A stretch of 64,000 bases of DNA from Mizuhopecten yessoensis (Eukaryota), in NCBI RefSeq assembly GCF_002113885.1, contig NW_018403686.1, positions 459,961-523,960 on the forward strand, read 5' to 3'. The translations under genes were made by a program, and so were the position numbers. Shown one piece after another: positions 53,341 through 64,000 of this stretch; position 1 is the first letter of the stretch, and every line of letters begins with the position of its first letter. The notes beneath the pieces were generated by a model. It was given only the letters and a program-made list of their open reading frames with translations. It was not told the origin of the DNA and searched no databases.

Positions 53341-55830
53341 ATGTCCCATTTTTCTTGCCTCAGCTACCTTTATACCAGCCCTTCCAAGCCATTCAACTAT
53401 ACAAGGTGGTAGCAGAAGATATTCGTTATTAAGCTTTTGGATGGATCAAGGAACAGCCTTGTACCAACACAAGTCTGTACTACCAGGGTTCTCAGCTAGC
53501 CAGATATCTGGTATCAAATGGAGTACAGGAAGGTGAAAGGATAGCTCTTATCGGCCCGTATACGTTGGAGATGGTGGTAGGGCATGTTGGAATAATGTGC
53601 GCTGGAGCAGTTATCCTGAATGTCAACATTAACATGAAATCAGCGAATGATGTACAGGAAACGTTACAGTTAACAGCCACAAAATTTGTCAAGGTCGATT
53701 AAGGGGGAAAAGGTGAACTTTTGCCTACTGTTAAAGCTATGCTTCAAAAGTCTACTTTTAAAAGAAATAATGAAAACGACAAAGGGAAAATCAGAGTTGT
53801 ATTGCTTTGCGATGTGGAGTTAGATAGATTCAAGGATGCATACACTTTACACGATAGTACCCGAAAAGACATTACACATATTTGCCTCCTAGATACTTTC
53901 CTAGATGAGACAGCTGTTATTTCCACTAAATCTGTCAGTACCGGTAATCAAAAAAATAATTTTCCATACACATTTTAGTTTGGCTACATGTAATTCTTCC
54001 CGGATTTCTGAGGAAGATTATGAAATCACTGAATACAATGACATGTCATTCGGCTGGTTGGCTGGCTCTCCGGCTTTCTATATATTTATGCGAAGATCAA
54101 GGGTAGTCATGGATGCTTCTGTAGCAACTAAAGGCAAAAACACGACGTTGATCTGGCAAATGATGCAGGAGGAGAGCTGCACGGACGCCTTGTTGGGGCC
54201 ATATGTCATCATCGATCTCCTTGACCTTCCGCCAAATAGCGTAGATGATGGATACAAACTACGTCATGTTGTTACCGTTGGACAGGTGATTGACAATAAA
54301 TATACAGAGATCATGGGCAGGTTTTCTCATCATTTGATTGTTTTGTTTGGTTGCGCAGAGGTTGATGGTATCTCTACAAAAGGACCTCTAGTCAACGGAG
54401 ACACGCTGATTTCGGGGGAGGTCGGTCGACCCTTCCCTGGTATCGTGATACGTATTGTGGATGAACTGAAACTCCGTACGCCATTAGATACTATCGGCTG
54501 GATTCCCTTGCTCAGTCCAGGTACCATGAGTGAATATTATGGAAGCCAGGAAATGACAGCAAGTTCTTTTCAGTTGCAGCAGCATATGTTGTTGGCAACT
54601 TATCTTTTTCCTGCCGTCTACTAAATAATGCATATATTTTTACAGCTGAAGCTACTGCCGTTGGTCTGGCTTTGGATGAAAATGAAAATAATAAAATTAA
54701 CATAGCAATAATTTGTTCTGACTCTTTGTCATCATTACAAAGTATTAAAAATCGTAATTTGAACAATATTCTCATACAAAACATCGCCCTTCGTATTAAC
54801 AGAATTTTATTGTTTTGCCACCTGATCTTGATTTGGATACCAGATCATGTCGGAATAAACGCAGCCCTTAACCTACGACCGAAAGATATTGAACTGCCTT
54901 TTTCTGATTTTAAACCATCTTTAACAAATTGCCAAAATAAATGGTCTGAAGAGTTAGACAGCAAGTTATTTGCAATTCAATCTTATCTGGGTTCATGTGC
55001 AACAAGTAGAGCAGACCGCAGAGAAGAAATTGTCCTCTCGCGACTGCGCATAGGCCATACCTACATCACACACGGTTTTATTTTGCGTAAGGAAGACCAG
55101 CCTTATTGTCATGCATGCGATCAACCATTTACTGTCAAACACTTTATGATTGAATGCGCTGATTTCAAACAAATACGTGACAGATGTTATGATGTACCGT
55201 CTATGAAAAGATTATTCGATACAGTTTCTGTGCAATTAATATTTGACTTTTTACACTCTATTGATCTTTACAATAAAATATGAAATACTGTGAAGTCAAT
55301 TTATTCGATATTGATGTATTTCTTTTATCCTTTACATATTCTAATTTATTGAGTTTTGGTTTGATGTGGGTTTCTTTTCGTGAATGTCTCTTTTAACAGT
55401 ATTGTTGGCCCTAAATGACTTACATTGTCGATGGGCCGTTAAACAATACAAAATACAAAAACAAAACAAACACGTTTGCAACAGGTTTATGGTTTCGAAC
55501 AGGAGATGTCGGCAAGATAAGGTATAATGATAGCCTCATCAACATTGGAAGAGGAAAAGACGCTATATGAAGAGGAGGGAGAAATATTTATCCTGGTATG
55601 TTGGAAGATCTCATCAAGCAGATTCCTTCGATTACGTATGTTTGTGTCGTTCCCGTCACTGACAGAAGGCTATACGAGGAAATCTGTGTGTCCTTTGTAA
55701 AATATCACGCATCTAAACTCACAGAGGAGGACGTAAAGACGTTCTGTGGAGAAAACATCTTTACGGAAGGCACTATCGATGGAGTTAGTATACTACTACG
55801 TAACGTTTGAAAAGTTCGTTAATGCCAAAT
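53341..55830 (+). pseudogene. Intronless acyl-CoA synthetase / AMP-binding enzyme (ACSF2-like) pseudogene, disrupted by a LINE
   Basis: ANL-superfamily motifs across frames: LARYLVSNGVQEGERIALIGP, degenerate P-loop STKSVSTGNQK, FGCAE, VGRPFPGIVIRIVD, WFRTGDVG, IGRGKDAI*RGGRNIYP, YEEICV. In-frame stops at 53700 (TAA) and 55568 (TGA), frameshifts near 53470 and 53950, and a LINE insertion at 54572-55470. An acceptor-like tttcag lies directly before the ATG. Confidence 0.85.
54572..55470 (+). mobile_element. 5'-truncated I-group (Nimb/I-like) LINE: RNase H, C-terminal zinc finger and 3' tail
   Basis: IFTAEATAV, SDSLSSLQSI and WIPDHVGI (RNase H); LSRLRIGHT, CHAC..TVKHFMIEC; tail GGCCCTAAATGAC...GATGGGCCGTTAAAC followed by a CAAAA-rich repeat. 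Confidence 0.88.
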
Positions 55831-56899
55831 GCGACACCAAACAAAAAAAGAATACGAGATGAAGTTATATGTCGTTTATTTTTGTCTAGAGACTGGTCCG
55901 GGACATTCCGTGCCCTCCTTTCGCAGAATGTTGTTCTTTAATCCTGACCATGCAAACAAACAAAAACTGTGCACATGTTGCATATTGCTAGTAATGTGTG
56001 TTTTCCGGCAACTGTTTATCGGTTTCTCCGTAGACGGTTTATGGGTAGATACTGTAAAAAAAGTACGGGCTTCCTGCGATATGGATGTAACCGATTTGCG
56101 TTTAAACCGACAAGAAAATTTAATAAAACGCCGTTCAATTCCTTGTGATAAAACACTGACAGAAAGTGTATTAATTTGCTATGCAAACTGTCAAAACAGT
56201 ACAAAATTACAAAAGATCACCTATGTTAAATTGGTATCTTGGTAGCATTTAAATATATTGATTGATTGGTTCATTTATTATGACAATGTATGCCTTTCAG
56301 CGTTTTGTATTATGCCATTGACGCCTTCCTCTTGACATACATACACGAAAAGAGTCATATAGTTTTGTAAATTGAAAAATAACACCCGTAGATGAGTGAT
56401 TACAGTTTGCAAATGTAAGGTCTTTTGAAGTGTGTTGTACTATTGAGAAGAAAGGCTATTATGTCCATCCCTTATAACACATGGTCACATACTGCGAAGT
56501 CATGGTAACATCGTCGATGGTTTTATTTGTATGTATAAAAAGGGGAAAATATTAGCATTATCTAATGTCATTATATTTACAATGGGAGCGTTTTGTTAAT
56601 AAGTTGATTAACACAATGACAACATTTCGAAATCATTCATATGATCAAATATAAAACTTCAAATAATCCTGACAATGACTATAGGAGTTCATTGCCCTTT
56701 CACAAATAGTCCACTTGAAATGCATTTACAATGGAAATGCAAATTTGATTTTAATTTCATTTCACTTCAGTGCATCGAACAAATCAACCTTTTATTTAAA
56801 TTTCGTTAAAAAACACATTTTGAATGAGTTAACATCTCAAATGCAAAAGTTTCATTTAGTACCTGGTATGACTACCATTTGCTGAAAGGCAAATCGTAT

Positions 56900-57345
56900 T
56901 CTTGACCTGACAGCACTACAATGTCTTCTTCGAATGAATGTTAAGGAGAGGTGACTTAACTCCAATCCAACTCATCCGAAAGTTGATCAATGTAATTAAG
57001 GTCTGTAGAGCCCGCGGGAACGAAATTAAATTGTCTTGATTGCCATTACGAAAGTCCGATGTAACCCTTGTCGTATGCGGCCGAGCATTGTCGTGTAGAA
57101 AGACATTGTTCAGATTTTGAATACGTTGAAGCAGTGGAAGGAATTCTAGAGTCAAATATCTTATCTATTTAGCGCCCTACGGTCATCTTGCTTGCGGAAT
57201 ATGTTCATTTTGGCTCCTCAGACCATATTGCTGCCAACACCAAACATGTCACGCTAAATAAATCTGTAAATAACGGTCATTTCGACACTGTAGACGCTTG
57301 CTCATCTGTCAGCAGATGAGTGATTGAATCACTGAACACAATGTC
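56900..57345 (-). mobile_element. Decayed Tc1/mariner transposase remnant
   Basis: VFSD, FGVGSNMV*G, FLHDNARPHTTRV, PAGSTDLNYIDQL (compare WPxxSPDLNPIE). Confidence 0.75.
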
Positions 57346-58259
57346 ATACTAGATGACAACACAACATGTCAACTAGACTAACTAACGATAAACGCAACAG
57401 GACAGTGCAGTTACCACACTTTGTATTGGCTTGAAACTCCCAAAATGCATAGGAAAATCCCGAGGTCACATAAGTGTGAAGTGCTTGATTGTATCTTGAT
57501 GCGTATTTGTATGTGAATCGTCGAATAACCACGGGTATGATAAATATACATGTAGTATTGATCGTGCACTTGCCTTTCTTTCTTTCTCAAATTAGTATCA
57601 ATGATGCCGAATCTCGATTTGAGAACCTCGTTGATTAGGTAGATATACACAAAGTATGTGCCCGGAATATATTCATGCGTATACATTAAGAAGCGTTCAT
57701 TTTACCTCTAGACGACTTGAACATGTGTGTGTTAGTTAGAGTTGTATTTAAACTAGTCGACCAGAACACTGCCTTGTTTCGACCCTCGTTGACTTTCTGG
57801 TAGGATACCAGCTATTACAGGTGAAGTATATGCTATATATGTGTTTCAAGTGTCACACAATTCGTATATGATTAAGAAATAACCTTCTGATGAAAAGCGT
57901 ATTTTGTCTAAATTTACTTAACTATGCCTTACACATCTAAAGTAAATCCTAAGCATTTTTGTGTCGTTCAATATGTATCGGTAAGCAGCTATTAGAAAGC
58001 GTTAACTGCAATTCTTGCATGTGAACAATGAAATAAAAGAAATTGTGTCGACATTTGTACGCACGTTGTTCCTCTTCAAGTCGGTCTTCAAACGTTGCGA
58101 CACGTTTAATACATGTACATACATTGTTTGTGTAGGGAGTAAAATGTTGATATTACATATTTCCAGCTGATCAATCTTTTTAAATTCCAAGAAATCGTTT
58201 TAATCTTAGAAAATAAATTGGCTTTTGCCCAGCCGTTAACAATTAATCTGTCTAAAACT

Positions 58260-60280
58260 TTGTGTAAAAGTGAGCATAAGTGTACCTTAACTAATGCAAT
58301 TCTTACCCAAAACCATTTATAAAGGTGAAAATAAATGTACCTACAAGAATATAATCCTTACCAAAAACCATTTATAAAGGTGGAAATACATGTATCTACA
58401 ATAATGTAATCCTTACCAAAAACCATTTATAAAGGTGGAAATACATGTACCTACAATAATGCAATTCTTACCTAAAACCGTTGATAAAGGTGGAAATACA
58501 TGTACCTACAATAATGCAATTCTTACCTAAAACCATTTATAAAGGTGGAAATAAATGTACCTACAAGAATATAATCCTTACCAAAAAACATTTATAAAGG
58601 TGGAAATACATGTATCTACAATAATGTAATCCTTACCAAAACCCATTTATAAAGGTGGAAATACATGTACCTACAATAATGCAATTCTTACCTAAAACCG
58701 TTGATAAGGGTGGAAATACATGTACCTACAATAATGCAATTCTTACCTAAAACCGTTGATAAAGGTGGAAATACATGTATCTACAATAATGAAATCCTTA
58801 CCAAAAACCATTTATAAAGGTGGAAATACATGTACCTACAATAATGTAATTCTTACCTAAAACTATTTGTAAAGGTGGACATACATGTACCTACAATAAC
58901 ACAATCCCTGCCTAAAACCTTGAATAAAAGTGAGCAAAAATGTACCTCCAATAATGCAATCCTTGTTTAAAAGCATATATAAAGGTGGGCATACACGTAC
59001 CTACAATAATGCAATCCTTACTTAAAACCATTTAAAAAGGTAGACATGCATGTACCTACAATAACACAATCCCTGCCTAAAACCTTGTATACAAGTGAGA
59101 AAAAATTGAACCTCCAATAATGCCATCCTTGTTTAAAAGCATATATAAATGTGGAAATACATGTACCTACAATAATGTAATCATTACCTAAAACCATTTA
59201 TAAAGGTAGACATGCATGTACCTACAATAACACAATCCCTGCCTAAAACCTTGTTTACAAGTGAGAAAAAATTGAACCTCCAATAATGCCAATCTTGTTT
59301 AAAAGCATATATAAATGTGGAAATACATGTACCTACAATAATGTAATCCTTACCTAAAACCATGTATAATAGTGGACATACATGAACAGTAGCTACAATA
59401 ACGCAATCCTTACTTAAAACCGTGTATAATGGTGGACATACATGTACCTACATGTACAATAATTCAAACCTGCCCAAAACCATATATATTGGTGGACATA
59501 CTTGTACCTGCAATAATTTAAAGGTGGAAATACATGTACCTACAATAATGCAAACCCTGCCCAAAACCATGTATAATGGTGAACATACATGAACAGTAGC
59601 TACAATAACGCAATCCTTACTTAAAACCGTGTATAATGGTGGATATACATGAACAGTACCTACAATAACGCAATCCTTACTTAAAACCATGTATAATGGT
59701 GAACATACATGAACAGTACCTACAATAACGCAATCCTTACTTAAAACCGTGTATAATGGTGGACATACATGTACCTACATGTACAATAATTCAAACCTGC
59801 CCAAAACCATATATATTGGTGGACATACTTGTACCTGCAATAATTTAAAGGTGGAAATACATGTACCTACAATAATGCAAACCCTGCCCAAAACCATGTA
59901 TAATGGTGAACATACATGAACAGTACCTACAATTATGCAATCCTTACTAAAAAGCATGTATAAAGGTGGACATACTTGTATCTACAATAATGCAATCCTT
60001 ACTTAAAAGCATGTATAAAGGTGGACATACTTGTATCTAAAATAATGCAATCCTTACTTAAAAGCATGTATAAAGGTGGACATACTTGTACCTACAATAA
60101 TTCAAAACCTGCCCAAAACCATATATAAAGGTGGACATAGTTTCATATACCTACAATAGTGCAATTCCTGCCTAAAACCATATATAAAGGTGCGAATACA
60201 TGTACCTACAATAGTGCTATCCCTGCCCAAAACCATGTGTAAAGGTGGGCATTTATGTACCAACAATAATGCATTTCCGG
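58260..60280. repeat. 55-bp tandem repeat (~36 units) with 60-bp variants and local higher-order duplications
   Basis: Unit AAAACCATTTATAAAGGTGGAAATACATGTACCTACAATAATGCAATTCTTACCT; block duplications with periods 220 (58331/58551), 166 (59041/59207) and 327 (59441/59768). Confidence 0.93.
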
Positions 60281-61469
60281 AGTACTTCGTGCAAAACCTC
60301 AACACTCCTCTTGGTTTGACTATACATGATCAAAGCACATTGATTGTATACACCTGGTGACAGGAGTTGACAACGCTATTGTTAAGGAACAAACGTGGTA
60401 ACGACCGACTGCTATTTGATAAGGTTCGAATACAAAATTGCTGCATGAAGTGAACATCGAAATAGCATATTTTCATGTGTGTGATTCTGGTGTGTGGCAA
60501 TATTGTAGATTTTATGCAACACCGGTGTTGGTATACAATATCAATTAGGTAAGTAGTGTTAAGGGCACACGAATGAAATTATAAAGTTACATTTTACTGA
60601 ATCGTAGCAGAATTGATATATGAGATGCGTTTTTTGAATTTATAGATAATATAATTTATGCCCCTGCACTCATAACAAGCAAAACTCAGACAACAATATG
60701 ATGAAAATTGCCACCAGATTGGTGACATTGAATTCATTAATATAAATAGATCCACACTAGGGCATAAAATCCATAATATATGGAAAATTATATGAAAAAT
60801 TGAATAACCCAGTAGCTGCCACCACACATGCATGGCAGCCACTACTACATACTATAACAGCTAGCCCAAGTGGGGTTGCCAAAAAACGCAAAACATTGTT
60901 CAATGGTGGGGTTGCCAAACACATCTTTACATGATTACTGCGAGCCGGCTGCCCCAACCCTGTTAATTAGGAAAGTAGGTTTACCCAATACTCCCACCAG
61001 TCGGCAAGTGTTGTCTCACTTCAGCATAAACTTGCAACAACCTGCCAGATTACAAATTATATACATCTAATGATAAACAGTACAAGGTAATCATGGACAA
61101 TGTTAAACACTACATCTGTACAACCTACGCTCCTTTAAAACAAAGAAATAAAATATTGACGACAGAAAGGGTGGGAAGAGGAGGGCTTAAAATAAATTAT
61201 CATGAGAGCTTGATGAGCGTACAAACACAGTGGCTGCCTGATGCGGGGATATGTCCCAGAGTGAGATAGAGTCTCTGAGATAACCTCTGACTCCTTGACG
61301 AATCAGTGACCAGCCTCAGGAACCCTGACGCTGTCATCGGCAGTCAATCATTGAACCGTTTATTGTGCCAACAATTCAAGCTCCAAAATTTAAATTTAAA
61401 TAACAATAAATCTACTTTACTTGTTATGACGTTACGAGCATAAATTAAGCTAATTGTTTAGCTGCCTTA

Positions 61470-61915
61470 TACAACATTTGATATAGGGCTCTATCTAGCT
61501 ATCGATAGCCACTCTAAAGAGCTTTACAGCATAAAGATATACACTTAACATGTATATTAATCAACACAATGTTGAGGAGTTCGCAGGAGCTGCCTTATCA
61601 GGCGCTAACAACTAGTCATATTCCATCCGGCTAATATCTCCCTATGTGTGTATACCTGCCTGTGTGCTGGGGATGTAATGTGTTCTGTATGTAGTGGGAC
61701 CGTGCTTCCAACGGCATCATTTATAGCGTCACCTCACTTGAATGCTACGGCACAGATACTGCAACATCCACCCCAGACCAATTTATACTTCACCTGGGTT
61801 ATGTGGGCAGGAGGAAACACTTTCTCTGAATATCCATACGTACGACGACTTCGGAGATCGAACCCCTGTCAGCTGCATGGAAGGCCGGAGTGTAAACTAC
61901 ACGACCAATCTGCCC
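61470..61915 (-). mobile_element. tRNA-derived SINE with L2-like 3' tail
   Basis: Minus-strand head GGGCAGATTGGTCGTGTAGTTTACACTCCGGCCTTCCATGCAGCTGACAGGGGTTCGATCTCC (A/B-box-like, TCC anticodon loop); tail AAAGCTCTTTAGAG..GAGCCCTATATCAAATG; second copy at 29012-29336. Confidence 0.75.
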
Positions 61916-62919
61916 CTCATACATCCTGTTCAAATTGCTTGATTTAATTATTTTGGGCCCTTCGTGTAGGTGACCGATTTAGGGTAGGACCATGTTATGT
62001 GAGTGTTGTTTTTGTTTTTGCTTGTGTTTTATGTAGGTGGCCGTTTTACGGTTAGACCAGGCTGTGTATTTTTTCGATGTTTTGATATTGCAATCTTATT
62101 ATAGAGATCTGATACTAAACGTAACACATTTACTATAATGATATAGTATTTGCTTTATTGCGTTCATTGTATAGTTTACATAGTCTATTACAAACTATAT
62201 GCTGAATTTTATAAAGCAGGTTTTTAATTTCTATGATCTATAATTTGTAAATATCAGCATTTTACAATATTGTGATGTCATTGAGAACCTATACGAAATA
62301 CACAGCTTTGCTGGCAAACATCACAATGTTCTTTTGTATTTAGATTTTTTGTTTGCTGAACTGCCATATCAACAAGTTTTAATATTTTTAAAATTATATA
62401 AAGCCATTACATTGGAGAGGTTCTAGTCAGGTATATGTCATATTTTCAAAACTGAAAGTGGTATTATATATATATTGCATACAAACACATCTATATGACT
62501 TTATATTGATTTTGTTATTATTTAAACTGCACAACCCGCTACAAATATGCAGCTAATAAGCCTTAAACCGAAAACGAAAATAACGTTAATATATATCATG
62601 GAAAGAATCACTGACCACTCGAGGTTCAATCTTATTGAAAGCAGATACATTTTAGTTTTTTTGCAATCTACACAATGTAGACAGTATCAATCAATAGCTT
62701 TCACAACCATTTTTATTAGCCATGACAGATATATCATAATCAGTTAAGTACATTATTTAGTCGTGGTACCTATATACATGTAATGACTATATGAAAAGAC
62801 TGCACTGTAGTACATTCAACTTCAAAAACATGTTTTGGTTGCTGTTTTGTTTCACAAATAAGCAATGCTTGGTTTCCAAGTTAAATATTTAAAAGTGTCG
62901 ATACTGTAATAAAGCAGGC

Positions 62920-63525
62920 GAATGTCTGCACTCAATATAAGCATGTGAAGTCAGACAAAAGTCTGTTATCACTATAAACATGTGAAGCCAGACTAACGTC
63001 TGCACTCACTATAAACATATGAAGCCATAATAAAGTCTGCACTCACTATAAACATGTGAAGCCAGACTAAAGTCTTCACTCACTATAAATATATGAAGCC
63101 AAAATAAAGTCTGCACTCACTATAAACATATGAAGCCAGAATAAAGTCTGCACTCACTATAAACATGTGAAGCCAGACTAAAGTCTGCACTCACTATAAA
63201 CCTATGAAGCCAAAATAAAGTCTGCACTCACTATAAACATGTGAAGCCAGACTAAAGTCTGCATGCACTCACTTTAAACATATGAAGCCAGAACAAAGTC
63301 TGCACTCGTTTTAAAAATGTAAAGTCATACAAAAGTCTGCACTCACTATAAACATGTAAAGCCAGAATAAAGTCTGCACTCACTTTAAACATGTGAAGCC
63401 AGAATAAAGTCTGCATTCACTATGAACATGTGAAGCCAGACAAAAGGATGCACTCACTATAAACATGTGAAAGCCAGACTTAGGTCTGCACTCACTATAA
63501 ACATCTGAAGCCAGACAAAAGTCTA
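62920..63525. repeat. 37-bp tandem repeat (~16 units)
   Basis: Unit AAAGTCTGCACTCACTATAAACAT(G/A)TGAAGCCAGA(C/A)T. Confidence 0.93.
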
Positions 63526-64000
63526 ATGGTATAAAACGATCGCAATGTAAACTTATTCGAAAAAATGTAGGTTAATCATTACCCCTTTTAATTTATATAG
63601 CACATGCGACTAATGAGTTAAACATGCGTTTAGAAGATTTACGTTTTGTTCCGTTCCGTTTAATTTTTGGATTCCATTATGATGAACAAATAAACAACCA
63701 GTTTTCTTTAGGATATGAAATTACTCGGATTTTACCCAGAGTTTGTGTCAATATATTTACCTATTCCGAATTACATGATGTACTGTTTTTTAAGGTCTCT
63801 CTGTCAATCTTTCTACGTTCATTATCGATTTTGGGTTTGCATTGTGGTTTCCTTTACACAAATGTTTATATATAAATTTGCTACTGTTGTATGATTTTCA
63901 TATTAAAACCATCGATTATTGTTTGGCTAACCATTTTTTTATATCGAACAAAGGCTTGCATTGTTTAATGAACCCTTTGGAAAAGTATATTTATTTTATT

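Noticed and set aside
53905-54624. 239-aa ORF as a standalone functional gene
   Set aside because: It is the middle of a disrupted ligase running into LINE sequence; it lacks the P-loop and TGD motifs
61845-61915. tRNA-Gly(TCC)-like gene on the minus strand
   Set aside because: Degenerate stems and boxes, and continuous with a dispersed SINE body and tail

Overview
This is AT-rich, intron-containing animal genomic DNA. The repeat families are most consistent with a bivalve mollusc (inference); it is not prokaryotic, and no CRISPR, rRNA or functional tRNA gene is visible. Most ORFs in the supplied track are spurious. (1) Two intact-looking 13-exon paralogues of an ACC-synthase-like PLP enzyme (ACCS-like, aminotransferase class I/II fold) lie in convergent orientation: copy A on + at 5680-14802 (428 aa) and copy B on - at 46457-25949 (432 aa). 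Exons 1-12 have identical lengths and all intron phases match. (2) An intronless AMP-binding/acyl-CoA synthetase pseudogene (+, ~53341-55830) is interrupted by an RNase H-bearing LINE 3' fragment. (3) Decayed non-LTR retrotransposons include one with a 2A/StopGo-like DIHTNPGP motif, alongside Penelope-like and Tc1-like remnants, Helentron-type non-autonomous elements (HINEs), MITEs and SINEs. (4) There are five tandem arrays (47, 34, 104, 55 and 37 bp units). An ~8 kb intronic satellite contains orientation flips at a quasi-palindrome and a 170-bp higher-order repeat. The most intriguing signal is the ACCS-like pair. The copies are nearly identical around the PLP lysine but differ at substrate and dimer-interface motifs: copy A has the plant-like GLAEN box and copy B the plant-like YHG box.
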